Origin: Dimorphilus gyrociliatus
Lineage: Eukaryota > Animalia > Annelida
Assembly (NCBI GenBank): GCA_904063045.1
Contig: CAJFCJ010000013.1
Coordinates: 726,156 to 790,155, forward strand
Reading direction: 5' to 3'
DNA length: 64,000 bases
Shown here piece after piece: positions 11,049 to 25,258 of this stretch (positions within the stretch are counted from its first letter, which is position 1; each line of letters starts with the position of its first letter). Position numbers and translations under genes: made by a program. The notes under the pieces are model-generated. The model ran no database searches and had not been told where the DNA came from. It saw nothing but the letters and a program-made list of their open reading frames with translations.

Positions 11049-13608
11049 ATGGGACTATTGACTGATTTGTTCAAACAGATCGGGCTCACTATGAACGATG
11101 GTGCTTTGAACGGATGCGAAAAATCAGATACCAACATGTCGCAAACAGGAAATGGTTTGGACGACAAGAGTTACGATCCCTTACTAACCGAATTATCTGG
11201 AGAAGTAATTCGTGAGCGAGATAAATGCTCAAATGGAACTATTGTTCTAACTTCATTTCGCCTATTGGTTCAGCGAAAAAATCTATCTGATATCAATGTT
11301 CCTGTAATGACAATTGATAGTGTTGAATGTAGAGATTTGTTTACGTTAACTTTGCTCTGTAAAAACGCTGGAGTTATCAGGTGACTATCATTATATAATC
11401 GTACGATAAAGTATGGTACGATAGCTATTTTAAGTATATTTTCTTTAGGCTATTTTTACTCTTATATACAATCAATAGTCATTTGATATAGGATTTTTTC
11501 TTCTATAGAATATCGTTCGATACGAACGAAATTTGTACGCGATGGCAAAATTTCATTTCGGATGCTATAAAACCTCCTACAAACACAAGAGATTTGTTTG
11601 CATTTAAATTTAAAGAAGCAGAAGATAGTTCTCTGGCAAACGCGTCAAACGGTTCAGACGAATCGAAAGGCACACAAGCCGAGGAGCTAGACTCTGAACT
11701 AGAATTATACTACGCTGATACAGAACGTTTTAAACACGAAGCCAAACGTCTTGGTTTCATTGGCGATGAAAATACCGATTCACCATGGGCGATAACCGAT
11801 TGCAATAATGAATTTCGAATTTGTGAAAGTTACCCGCCACAGCACATAATACCAAAGGAAATAACCGATGAACAACTCAAGACCGTGGCTAACTTTCGTT
11901 CGTCAAACCGTTTTCCCAGCGTTGTCTGGAGGAATAAGAAGAACGGTGCAGTGATCTTAAGATCGAGTCAACCTCAAGTTGGCCTTTTAGGTTGGAGATG
12001 TGAAGAAGATGAGAATCTGCTTTCGGCTGTGTGTAGAGCGTGCGCACAGTATAATTTCGACGATGAAAATGAGGATGAATGTTCAAAGAGACGACAACCC
12101 AATAAAGATACCAATGGTAGGCATTCATTTAAAAACAAAAAACAATTTTAATTGACAAATATCGTATTGAATATGCTATCAATATTTAAAAAATGTCTAT
12201 TTATCTTTTAAATTTATTCATTCATTATTCAGTTTTATTTATTTAATGTTTATACTATTGATTATCTAGGTAACATGCAGAAGATGCTTATTCTTGATCT
12301 GCGATCGTATGCTTCTGCGATTGCGAATAGAGCAAAGGGTGGAGGAAGCGAATACACGGAGTATTATAATTGCGAAATCCAATACTTGAATCTAGTAAAT
12401 ATCCATGAAATAAGGAAGAGTTTTTGCGCCTTGCGTCAAAATTGCTGCGCTTCCTCTCCGGATAATACTCTCTGGTGGAGTGGCGTCGAAAATTCAAAAT
12501 GGCTTCATTACATTTCAGCTCTATTAAGGAGCGCTATTATCTGTGTGGATGCTGTAAAAGACGGTCGACCAGTGTTAGTACACTGTTCAGATGGTTGGGA
12601 TAGAACACCACAAGTAACTGCTCTCGCAGAATTAATGATGGATTCCCATTATCGTACCATTGATGGTTTTCGTTATTTAGTTGAACGAGAGTGGTTAGAT
12701 TTTGGTCATAAATTTGGTGATAGATGCGGTCACGGCAGTAATGCTATTAACGGTAATGAAAGATCACCAGCTTTTCTACAGTGGCTAGATTGTGTCTTTC
12801 AAATGGTTAACCAGTTCCCAATTGCTTTTGAATTCAACCAGTCATTTCTTTGTAAACTTGTTCAACATACCTATTCCACCCTATTTGGAACGTTTTTATG
12901 TAATAGTGTCAATGAGAGACGATGCGAGAATATAGGCCAGTTTACAGAATCGATATGGCGTAAATTGTTGAACAGTACCAATTATAAAGTGAGAAACTTT
13001 TTGTATAGTCGAACTGATAAAATTCTCAAGCCTTCCTATCATATGAGACGTTTGGAGGTTTGGAAAAGTGTTTATCTAGCATATCAAGACGACGAAGTAA
13101 CCAATGATCATATACAAGATACAGTGGCTACTACCACTGTAAACATAGCATCTGAAAGAGAGGCTCCGGTGAAGATATTAAGAACTAGATCAGTAGACGA
13201 CCTCATTGTTGCTGAAAGTGACCATATACAGTGTTCAAATAATTTGTTGGATGAAAGGAGTAGACGGCTCAGTGATCCCAACTTGCATGAAGCTATAACT
13301 AAACCAACTGTTCATTTCGACATTCTTACTAATTCGACCAGCAGTAATAATAGTGCTCCGGTCGTAAATGTAGTTGAAGATACGAAAATACTGCAGAATT
13401 CTACAGACACGATTAAAGAAGAGAACGGTCATCACTTGAAAGAAAGGACAGTTAGCACATCAACAACTGATTTGGCAAGAACGGATATTGTCAATGCCAT
13501 TAACTCGTTTAAAAGTTTAAAAACTTTGCAGTCCAGTTGCCCTCCAACGCCAGGAGCGGATTCGAAGGTGAATGACAAATTTATATTTTTTATTGAAAAA
13601 TTTATAGT

Positions 13609-13651
<43 letters not shown>

Positions 13652-14414
13652 TATACACTGTTACACTGTAAGCAATTAATAATTCAAAATTCAGTCGCTT
13701 TCTTCGACTTCTTCCGCTTCCTCCACTGGATTCGACTGGGATGGCCTGTCAACATATATGGATCCAGCCACTAGGAGATTAGTAAATCTCTGCCTCGAGC
13801 AGAAACGTCAAGTGGAAGCCTTCAAACAACAAGTCAGCGGGCTTACGGAACAACTTGTAGTAAAAACGTTAGAAATTCAGCGTATAGAATCAATGGTAAC
13901 GGCGGGTGAAGACAGCTCTTCTATTCTTATGGCTGAACCGAATCAGGTAATAAAATTTTATTTTAGCTTTGGTTGATTGAGGGAGATTTTTTTTTCAATC
14001 GCCTTTAACTTACTAAAGCGATCATACCCGATTGACATTTCAAGAAGGACCGAGGAGAGCAGTCCGACGGTGAATGGAAGTTTGGGAAGTACAGCGGGAG
14101 GAGGTTCAATGAGTGGAGCTAGTGACAACAGTTTTGAATATGTCGATGAGAAGGAAATATGCCCTAACGGTCATTGGATCCCTGATCATGCCTCTAATAA
14201 GTGCCATGAATGTCAACAAGAATTCAGTGTGACCATTCGAAGACACCATTGCCGTAATTGCGGTAAAATCTTTTGTAACTCATGTTCCAGTTATAAATCA
14301 AGGGTGCCGAATCAACAATTGCATGATCTTCAAAGAGTATGTGGATATTGTTATGACATAATTAACAATCAATTTAGATTGTCGCCTGTCACACAAGCTA
14401 CAAAGGTTAAGTAA
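11049..14414 (+). CDS. MTMR3: Myotubularin-related PI3P phosphatase MTMR3/4 (PH-GRAM, PTP, FYVE); exons about 11049-11380, 11509-12116, 12270-13567, 13695-13946, 14019-14414
   Basis: Catalytic VHCSDGWDRT intact; RSSQPQVGLLGWR; FYVE WIPD..C..C..F...RRHHCRNCGKIFC..C. Probable 5' non-coding exons end at 10120 and 10661. MTMR3 versus MTMR4 cannot be distinguished. Confidence 0.93.
13613..13646. repeat. (AT)n microsatellite in an MTMR intron
   Basis: Uninterrupted AT dinucleotide run. Confidence 0.95.
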
Positions 14415-17400
14415 ACGATGAACTGTTAATTTTTCGAAAATCTTCCAATCCGATATAGAGAATAACACTTAACGGTTCAGAAGTTGCTTATTGCTCAATT
14501 ATTGGAATAACAATATAAAGCAGCCGCCTCAGCTAAGGGAATTCTCCTCTCGTCATATATTATATACAATTTATTATTATTACAAATGATAATAATAATA
14601 CCTTCTCTTTTCAACTATCCTACTCTCCTCCCGCGGCCCTTTACACCATCTCTCTGTGATAACGTCGGAAAACTTTTAATTGTTCTACGTAGGAGCATCA
14701 ATATACTCCTACAAATGTTCTGTTTTTTTCGACTGCAATATCGAAAGTAGTATTACGTTTTAACTGTAGGTTAATTTCGCTTTAATCGATTCAGTCATTG
14801 CCGAATAGCATGGGATTAGCAACAACAAAATATGATGTGCATTCTTAATTTTTTTTTTTTTTTGAATGAGAATCTGGCTATCAATTCTGTAATGGCTACT
14901 ACTATCCTATAAAAAATAATATATCATGATTTTACATTGCACAAACCTGAATAAATATATCAATAGTTGTAAAAACAAAACGGAAAATTTTGCATGGTTT
15001 GAGTTGATTATTATTTTTCTCTCATTTTCTGGCTTGACTGAATATATATCTTTATATGCATATATTCATCTTTGCAGGATAAAGCAACTATTAGGGAGCA
15101 TTTTATAATTTTTCGCTTTTTTTAACTTGAAAGCTTCAGCTCGGTGATATTGATTTATAATATTATATATATAGTTTATATTTTCATTATATAATCATAA
15201 ATTATTGTAACAATCGAAAGTAGAAAACGTGTTGTGTGTAAATATGTTGACCACATGTAAGCTGATCATGAAATTGTATACTCTTAATGAGGAGACATAT
15301 GAAAGACGGCAGCAATTTGTTTGTCCAGTTAGTTTCTCTCCGGCTAGACTCAAGCAAAATGCCATTTTATGTTCTAGAATATCTTGGTTGTTAACATTCT
15401 CATTCTGATCTAAATAGTATGAATGAAGAACAATCCTAACATAACTAATATCTTAGCACAAAATATTTATTATAAAAGCTTAATTATTAATTTTTTCTTC
15501 ACTGTACAAATGTAAAACTGCAATATAAGTTTAGTTTTATTTTTTTCTATTCTTTTTTTTTTTTTGTAGAAGGATTTAACATTAAAAGTGTTACAATAGA
15601 AAGATTTTCGATAAATGCCTAGTTGAACTGACTAGCTGAAAAAAAGCTCTCTAATAAAAGTAACTAAAAAAAGATTTTAGTACAATTGAAAAGTACAAAT
15701 ATAAAAAGTCACTTGTCCAAATAAACATTTCGAGTTTATAACAGGAAAATGTAACATTTATTTAGGTCTTCTTTAAACATTCTCTTCCTATTCATCTCAT
15801 TAAATCTAATTGTGTCATATATTTTATAATATAAAATTTGCAATATTTAACAAGGAATTGTTTAATTGCTACACTTATTAAGAAAATTACTAGCAAATAA
15901 TGAGTTCAACATGTACTATTCATATTGAATAGGCTATTCTACTTAATGTGCACATGATTGCCAATGATTCGATTATCAATCTTTATACTAAGATTCTAAT
16001 CTGCTAATAGCTTAAAAATCTATTTAAAAGCCAGTAGTTAAACAGAGCTTATGCAAAACAAAAGTACACTGATATAGGAGAATCAAAGGAAGAGACGGTG
16101 TTCTTCGCTCTTTCCTCTTTTTCTTGTTTTGTTTATATCCATCTGATGAAAAATGATTAATAAATATTAATATTTTGAAAGATATTTCTTTTTCTTTACA
16201 CAGTATTAGTCTGATTTTTTTTAAAAAAAAGAGGAGAAAGTGAAAGAGAGAGAGAGATAAAGAGAAATAGATGGAAAAAAGGATTAAGTAAACTTTTTTA
16301 AAAATTCACGAAGCCATTAAAAAAAGGGAATTAAAAGGTTTATTGTAGACTTTTGAAATAAATAGAAATCTCTGTTGCCTTTGTTATTTTCCAGGAAATT
16401 AGGAAAAAGGTTAAAAGTAACTGGATATAAAAATTACGAAGTTGTATAGAACAAAGAAAATTTCGTGGAGATTAATCAATATTTAATCTAGGTTCTTTTA
16501 CAAAATTAAAGAAATCCTTTAAAAATATAAATTACATCTGAGAAAATTGACATTCTCTATCCTTTTCTGTCTGTACTTCTGATCATATCTACTATATTTA
16601 CGTCTTCTTTGTTCACCCCTCCTTCCCTCTCTCTCTCTCTCTTTTCTGTTTTTTTGCACATGTCCATCTTATTTCTTACATTACGAATTGATGCTTTCTT
16701 CCTTTCGCATGCAGCCGTTGAATAGAGCATAAAACGTTAAAAGAAAAATACCTTTGAACTTTGCACTTTTTAGCAAAAAAAAAGTAAACAATTAGTTAAA
16801 AAGACCAAAATAAATGTACATCCTGAAGAGACGACTGATTTTGTCATCTGCATTGTTCTCATAGTTACATTTTCTATTGATGAGTTAAATTAAAATACAA
16901 AAAAGAAACAAAAAGAAACAAAAACCATAAACAAAGTTGTCGATTCTTTGAAAGAGAAGAAACGAAGGATGAGAATTTTTTTTCCTTATGAAAATTAAGA
17001 AGAAAAGGAAGATAATAATAATGATGATGGTGATGATTAAAGAGACTCTTATTTATAATTATTATTAATTTTCTATGTATCTTGACAATTTCATCTTAGT
17101 TTAATAGATTAATAATACAAAATACAAGATGTGCACTTAAATAAAAAGTCCTTTTGTTTTGAAAGAAGTTTAAACGGAAGGGCGGTATGTTCCATCTATC
17201 AATCCTATTTCGTTCCTTTTTCCATAGATTAAATTTCTTAGAACTCCTTAGTATAAATTTACAGAAGTTTAACTATTCACCACATCTAAAAATTTTCTTC
17301 TTCTTAGGATAAAAAGACTTAATTACATGTTCTTTATAAAGGAAATACTGTATATGCAAGAATTACTAACCAATTAAATTAATGATCTCCTAGCTATTGT

Positions 17401-17771
17401 TATTGTGGCTGATCTTACGAAAAAATGATGTATGTAAAGAGGATCTCTATGCCTACTTTATCTTTTTCTATTCAGGATATCTCTCTTTTAGTTAATAATT
17501 TTGAAAGAATAATTACTACGTAAAAGATCTTTACGAACGAGCTTTTCTTCAAGGATTAACAATAAAAAAGGTTAATGATCAGGTCCTTGGAAACCTTGAA
17601 AGAAATCTATAACAGTATGAAGCATGATAGAGTAACAGACACTTGTTACATTTTATACAGAGAAATAGTAAATTGCTTTTCTCATTATCCTTTTTTTGGC
17701 CTAGCCTACTTTTTTTCCTTCTTCTGTATACAATATACAGTATACTGTATAAAAAGGTATTTCCTACCTAC

Positions 17772-17942
17772 CTCTCTCTCTCTCTCTCTCTCCCTCCCTT
17801 TCTTTCCCTTTAAAGAGTAAACAACTTTAGATACTCAATATTGAAAATTAATGATGATAAAATGAATATTTCATATGTTACCTTATCTACTAATATCTAA
17901 TTACTTAAAAGACTTGGAGTTCTCCATCTGTATGTATATATT

Positions 17943-17974
<32 letters not shown>

Positions 17975-18071
17975 TGTATGTATGTGTGTGCATGTGCGTG
18001 CGTGTGTGTGTGTGCGTGTGTATGTGTACATCGTACAGTATGTACAAACCGCCCACTTCCCCCCCCCCCCC
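17772..18071. repeat. Compound simple-repeat cluster: (CT)n, (TATG)n, (TG/CG)n, poly-C
   Basis: (CT)n near 17772-17791, (TATG)n near 17946-17984, TG-rich to about 18027, C13 at 18059-18071. Confidence 0.9.
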
Positions 18072-19772
18072 GTCCCTCCTATTCTTCTCTCCAACATGAA
18101 TATCAAAATAACAGTTTGAAATACAAAAATCAACTTATCTATCTCTTCATCCCATGGCACAACAAATGTTAATGATTTAATGAGTTCAAGCACATCTGTA
18201 AATAAATAAAAAAAATCATTAATTTTCCATTGATAACAAAAACGATAAATTAAAAAAAAAATTAGAAATGAGATAGGATAGAATTGAAAATAAGATGATA
18301 GGATTTTGATAGTTCTCCTATATATTAGTAAATATACTGTATTATATCACTATATTCGTTTATTCTCTTTAATAAATACACACTTACACAAAATACAAGC
18401 AATAAATTTATAGTTTGTCAACATGATTATCTTACAAACAATTGACTTAATGATGTTTATTAGAAAACAACTATTATTTATATTATCCCTATATAGAATT
18501 ATAATTATTGCTTTTCTCCCTTAGTTAACTCTTTTCATAGCTTGTAAAGAAAAACTATATACAAACAAGCTCTAAAATTGTTATTTCTTTTACCTAATAG
18601 GCCTATAATTAATTATTACATATTAAATATGATACAAGACATTTTTTGTTTAATATTTAAATAAATAACTGAGTTGGGTTGACGAGATAAGAAAAAGTTC
18701 AAGGCTTTGAAAATTCCTTGATAATATTATTATTATTATTATTTCTTTACTATAATTGAACTATATACAGAATTGCTCTCATTGATTGTAAAATATCTTC
18801 AAATGTCTTACAATTCAGCTAATTTATAAAGAAAAATCCCTTTAAGAACATTTATTTTCTTTTTCATTCTTTATTAACAGTTCTAGAATATGGCTTTTCT
18901 TCCTTTCGTCATCTCTTTTAGGTAGGAAGATTTGACTTTTGTTGAACTTTTAACCTTTTCTTCTTGTTTTGCTAGTAGCTTTAAAGAAGAAACAGCTAAA
19001 GAAACCCTGAAAGTGATTATAATGATCTTATTTTATAGTTACAAAATTATGATGTATCAAATCAGGATAAACATTTCGTTTGTAATAATAATAATAATAA
19101 TATAACAAAGCTCAAGTTGTTGGTGTTTAGTATTGGCTTGTTTTTCAAAGTGACTTTTTTTATTGCTTTTAAGAAGAATTATTAGTTATTTCTGTTTGAT
19201 AAATTATTAATAGTACGGCATTTAATTTACATTCGCCGCGTAGTATTTGGAACCTTTAATAAAATAGTATTTCCGTTTCCTGTTTCCATTTTCCTGCGGC
19301 AAAATAGTCAGCTTACGGTGTGTAAAAACTATTTCTATTTTACAGCAAACAATTATTTCTTAACTTTAATACCATCAAAAATAAAAAGGTAAGTAGTTTC
19401 ATTTTATTATAAATTTTGATTTGCGATCGCATCATACAAAAACCTCGTTTTGACTGAGCGTCTAACATTTGTTTTTTATTTTCCAATCCTCTCTATGCGT
19501 GACATTTACAACAACCTATTAAGACTGTGGATAAAACGAATAATTATTTATGACTAACGATATCCATTGCAAGTATTGTAATGTCTGTTGGATTGTTTTT
19601 TTTTTTTTAAAAAGATCCTTTTGCGAAACAGAATATAATGTAGGGCATTGGTTTACAAGATTATGTTTAGTTGAGTAAACCTAGTCCATATTATTATGAA
19701 CATTTCATACGAATTCCTTACAAATTTAAATATTTTTAACTGCAAAGTGGATTTACATATTTTTGGCAGGAA

Positions 19773-20916
19773 ATGAATGAAAATAGAAATGGTGAATCCT
19801 CTGAAAGGTTGGTAATTCATCAATTGAAGACATGACCAAGTTTTTTATAATATATATCTTTTCAGAGAGACAGAGGAAAACGAACGTGAGCAGATATCCA
19901 GAGAAAAAATTGCCTGTAGCAAACAAGCTAGAAGTGTTAGCATTCCTGAAAAGTTTATAATCTTTTTTTCAAATAAATATTATTTCCTTCAGGATTCATC
20001 AGACTCCAAGTCTGAACACGAACATGCAAAGTCTCATAGGGAAGGTCGAAGGAATAGGGATGATTCAAAAAAGGAAAAAGATCGTAGACGTCATCATCGC
20101 AGAAGACGATCTCGATCCCACTCTCGGCATCGTCACAAGGTTGTAGTCTAATCGTTTGTAAGCACTTTGTCAAATTATGATCGTCTTTTATTAGAGATCA
20201 AGACATCATGGTTCACATAAATCGAAGTATAGACATCACCGAGAGTCGTCTTCTCGCCACTCAACTTCAAAACACCGACGCCGGAGGTCAAGATCAAAGA
20301 CAAGATCTAGATCTAGATCGAGAACTCCAAGTCCTCCAAGAATGATTGAAAGAAGAGAGGAATCTCCTAGAATAAAACGAGAACCTCTACGGATTAAAGC
20401 TATGGAAGAAAGAATGAAAATGCTGAGAGAGCAGGTAAATCCTTTTTTGTTAATCTGTTATTTTCTTTTCGAGAAAGCCTTATAACCATGTAGAATTAAT
20501 ATCTATTTCAGGCGGAACAAATAACTGGCGTTGAAGTACCAAAGTATTATAATCCAACGGCAGTGAATCCTCTCAAAGTAGCTGAAATTGAAAAAAAGAA
20601 GAAACTTCTATGGGGTAAAAAAGAAAAGGTACCCGAAACAAAGATAGCAGAGCCTGAAGCAATTCAGGCTCATGGAGAATCAGTTTGGGCTTCCGCTCAA
20701 TTCTCTGATAATTCTTGTCAAGAGAAGTTTAGAAAATTAATGGGTATGAAAGGAGAAATGCAAACGCCCAAGAGCGAGACCTCTAATAAACAAACGGAAT
20801 TATTCAATAATTTGGATAAGGAATATGCCTTGGCGAGAATGAGTACTCATACTCATCGTGGAGTTGGTTTAGGATTTGCATCCTATGCATGCGACAGTTC
20901 TAAAAAAGATGACTGA
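19773..20916 (+). CDS. RSRC2: Arginine/serine-rich coiled-coil protein 2 (RS domain plus SMAP domain), about 5 coding exons
   Basis: RS repeats, then AEQITGVEVPKYYNPTAVNPLKVAE.EKKKKLLWG, EKFRKLMG, LDKEY.LAR..THTHRGVGLGF. Start codon approximate; 5' UTR exon ends at 19388. Confidence 0.9.
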
Positions 20917-21997
20917 ATAATTAATTTAAAGAAAAACGATTTTGTTTATTTAATACTAAATTTATACTTTAGTTTTTTTTCGCGTGTTCTCTTAAAATTC
21001 ACGCAGGATTATTCCATTACACGACCTATTCTAAAGAGAAAGCAGTGCGACATCTTACACATTTAAATCATTTATTGTTCTTTTCGTTTACATTTTATAC
21101 TGTTTTTCTTTCATTAAATTTATCAAGTGTTAATACTGTAACATAAGTTGAACGTTTGTTAAATAAACTGAGAATTATGGAAACAATACAAATGCAAGAA
21201 GAGAACTATTACCCAAGTAACAGTAATATATTGAGTAAGATGCTCTTTTTTGTATCCACAAAAAGAGCCTGTTGATTAATGTTTCAAAAAAACCATTCTG
21301 TTTTTCTTCTGTATTTACTGGTGGAAAGAGTAAAAAAAAGTTTTTTTTATACCTTTTCTTGTAGATAATAGACAGAATTAAGTAACCTCTTAGATCAAGC
21401 AGAGACCCAGAGTATACCCTTTTTTTATACTAGTAATAAATAGATTTATATTTCAGGTCAATTGCACAAGCCATCATAAAACCCTTATTCCCGTATCCTC
21501 TTTAAAGTTCTAATTTGAATTCAAGTCTTTCAAGTATCGTCGTAAGGTCACCTCGAGTATAAAAAAATTGCCATTAATTATATTTTCTGTCTATTTTAGT
21601 TACCTTTAAAATTTATGAGTTCAATTTTATACTAATTTCCATTCTAAAAAAGACTATATGCGGTAAAAATCACCATAATTTGTTAAAGGATTCAAGTATA
21701 ACTGAACTGTTAATAGAGCCTGAATAGATAAATAAAAGTAGAATATTTTACTTATTAAAGAGGCTATTTGACTCAACATAAGTATAGGTATATTTGAAAC
21801 TGTTTCTAAGTTTCCTTCAATATCATCTTGTTGCTCTAAAGTGGAAGATTTTTGAATATTTATAGAATATTTTACCTCCTTCTTACATGTTTTCTATTAT
21901 TTTTAATAAATTTAATAAAAGTAAATTCGGGAAAGCTAAGTATAATATTAAGAAACTTTTTTCATAGAGAGTATATATGTATATCGTTATCATGATT

Positions 21998-22028
<31 letters not shown>

Positions 22029-23729
22029 TCCCTTTCTTTTTCTCGCGTTTCCTACAATAAAAACGTTACAAATTTTTCCTTTTTTCCATAATATTTCCCC
22101 TTATTATATATCTGTATTTGTTAATCTCCAACAACAGCAAATAATGATTTTTTTCACAACATCAACTTACAACATTTCAATACAAGTCACATTTCCCTTA
22201 CATAAGAGAGTTATAATACAAAAAATGCATTTTCGAATCCTGCTCTAATTGTAACTATACATTTATTGGCACATAGATGACAGTTAAATAAAATTGTTTA
22301 AAAAACAAAAGTTCACAACACTTACATGCAATGAAAACATTTAGAAAAGTCGTAAAAAGTAACATCTCGATATAAAGATTTATGAAATGTTTCTTTAGGC
22401 TATTTTAAGAATTTAATATAAATGAAATGAAAAGAAAAATAATAAGTCAATAATTGAAGTATAAAAATTAAAAACTTAAATTAATCAAGACAAAATAAAA
22501 ATATAAGTAAGATAGCGCGTAATGTAATTTGAATGAAAATGATTTGAGAGAAATTGTACCGTACCTGCATTCATTTTTGTTATTTTTTATATAATTTCTA
22601 TAACATATCTATACATAAATTTTATACTTTGTTTTTTATATGTATGTATATAAAGAGCAAAGGCAGATAATGGATATTTAAAAGAAGAACAGGATTAGAG
22701 TACGCATCAGGCACAGTTGGCGAATGCTTAAGTCGAAAGACATAAAGTAAAGCAAGTGTAGTATCAAAATAAATTATACAAATAAGTCACAGACAGGCTG
22801 TTCTTAATATACAAGATATATATATATTCGATAATTTGACATTGTTCCTCCGATTGAAAATATACGTAAAGTATACATTAAGTTTAAATATAGTGTTCAT
22901 GCAAGTATCAATATTGTTAACTAAAACAAAACTACTCTTATTAGTTGATAAAATGGTGCAAAAAAACTTAATTAGTGAGTAAATGATCTATTCTAAGTGA
23001 ACCAGTGATGTACTCATCATCATTTTTTCAATTATTTACAGTGTCCAAAGAAGTAATTTCATGATAAAAATACAAAAAGGTGAAGTAAATAAAAAAAAAG
23101 TGCTTAAATAGTCGAAATTTCATTCGAATAAGTGCGATAAGTGCAAGTGTAGCAGTACTAAGGTTTTATCAGTTTTTACTAATAATCTTTAATTATGTCA
23201 AATAATAGAATTTCTAATTCTAATTAATAAAGAAAAATAATCAATTTTCTCTTGGTTTCCTTTATGTGCATTCTTATTTTACCGAAGGCTACTTTCTCAT
23301 AATTAAATTCTTACCGTTCTCTTTTTATAAACAAGACCACAAAAAAAGTGATAAACTAAAAGGAGAGTTTGGAAATAAAATTAGACTATTTTCTTCATTA
23401 TTTCCAGTTATATAATATATATTGTTTAATTCTTACAATAAATAAACCATGTCAAATATTTTTGTTCATTAAATATTCTCATAATATTTTGATTTGGATC
23501 AACAAAAAATGACTTACGGTAATTAAATACCGCTAAATGAACGTAGTATTCAGTTACTATCCATCAGTATACAATAAGTCTATTGCGTCTAAAAGCTTAT
23601 CTCATAGGCGTTAATTACTTTTTACGACTTTCTGAATACGACAAATTTTTATACATTACAACATAATTACATGATTTTTTTTCTTTCACCATCAAAAATA
23701 CAATATAAATTTTAAACTTTATATTTACA

Positions 23730-24990
23730 AAAGCCCCTTCTAATCGTCTACAAAGTTGATAACCAAGAATAGGTTCATTTTCTGTCGGTAAGAAAATTAC
23801 GTCAGAATATTTATTGGTTTCTTTTCTTTCCCGCTCTTTCTATAGTATTATCTTTATTCATTTTAAATACAAATGAAAATGCTTACCGAGAACTATATAC
23901 ATTGATTATATACGAAAAGAAGCTCTTTTCGTTCTCTTCCTCCTCTTTAAAGTCTTCTGTCGGTTCATTGATTGTTGCTACAATTAATTCTGCCATTGAT
24001 CGCTCTCATTCAAACATATCTCTGGACGAAATCTCCTTCCATTCAAAGTATCTGTGGAGGGTAAATTAAATTAAAAAGAGAACTATAAAAAAAATAGAAA
24101 AATAGAACAATAGAATTTTTGAAACTTTCGAACATTCTTTTATTCTATTTTAAAAAATATTTTTTCCAAAAATCGAAACTTACAATGTTTTCAAAGTTTA
24201 TTTTCTGACCAATAAAGAAAGTTTTCGCAGAAGACTGAAAAAGTTTGTCCTGACACCAAGAACTGGCGTTTACGGACTGAGAAACTTTCTGTTCAGCGCC
24301 TGCGTATAAACGTTCTTCTTTTATCGAACGTTGTTCTTAGTGTTTGGAATGTTTAACATTGTCCATAATTTTCCCCGCACATTATATTTTCTAAAGTAAG
24401 AATCATGGAGAATTTTTGAATAAATTAAGGGAACGTTCTCTATTCTATTGATTATCATTCTTTCACTCTGGTATAATATTATTAGAGAAAAAAACCTAGA
24501 ATATTAATTAATTATTACAATAATAATGAATTAGAAAGAAAAAGCGAAAAAAAATTATTTTTAGGCTTACTTTTAAAGGAAAAGAACACTCCAATAGCTT
24601 TTTTTTTCCAAGTGCGTTTCTAACTGAGGGATGCAGTCTTATTTACAATAGGAATCTAATTAATATCTTTTTACCATACAGATAACTCGATTAGATAGCT
24701 TCGAAGAATTTGCAAGTATAAGAGGGAATTTTGAATGGAAGAATTGGCTAAGTACAATTTCTGACTTTGGGAAAAATGATCTATTTTGGCCTATAATTAT
24801 ATTTTTCTATTGAAGTGTATAATCGTAAATGTTTCCTGTACCTTGCGAATGATATCTAAATAATAATCCTTATTTAAGAAGGTTTAATTATTAGCTACTA
24901 AGAGATGATAGGGAAATCCTTCTTTTATCCTATTATCAAATTGACATACTTAGCGCGCCATCTGGCAGTTAAAGTATACTAAAAAGATTT
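23730..24990 (-). other. Exon-like cluster, unidentified transcript (coding status unresolved)
   Basis: Series of good minus-strand donors (GTATGT about 24950, GTACAG about 24841, GTAAGC 24570, GTAAGT 24183, GTAAGC 23886) and acceptors (e.g. CCCTCCACAG 24052). Several short open frames, none recognisable. Confidence 0.35.
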
Positions 24991-25258
24991 TAAAATTAAT
25001 AAAAAAGGATTTAATTTGTTGTAATTTTTCATAAACCGCATAACAAATTCTTATTATTATCAATAAGAAATATACCCTACTTTCACAGATGATATTTTAC
25101 AATAATATATGACGATATTAGCAGCATAAATAAATTGGACGAAATTTTTTAACTACGAAGAATTATCATGTTTTCTAGTAGTTCTTAAGAGACATACTTG
25201 ATCGCCCGAATGATTAATTATCACTCCACACATGGTATTCATTATTAGGTAAATATTA

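Noticed and set aside
17875-18193. Three overlapping ORFs (YVCM/THTH repeats)
   Set aside because: Artefacts of TATG/TG microsatellites.
22346-23631. Perfect 17-bp inverted repeat AAAGTCGTAAAAAGTAA (22346-22362 and 23615-23631) as MITE ends
   Set aside because: A-rich, no target-site duplication seen, and matches of this length are expected by chance in 64 kb of AT-rich DNA.
24006-24008. Single in-frame TGA in a symmetric 165-nt exon, suggesting selenocysteine or readthrough
   Set aside because: The upstream exon has a stop in the required phase, the downstream exon does not continue the frame, and no SECIS was recognised.
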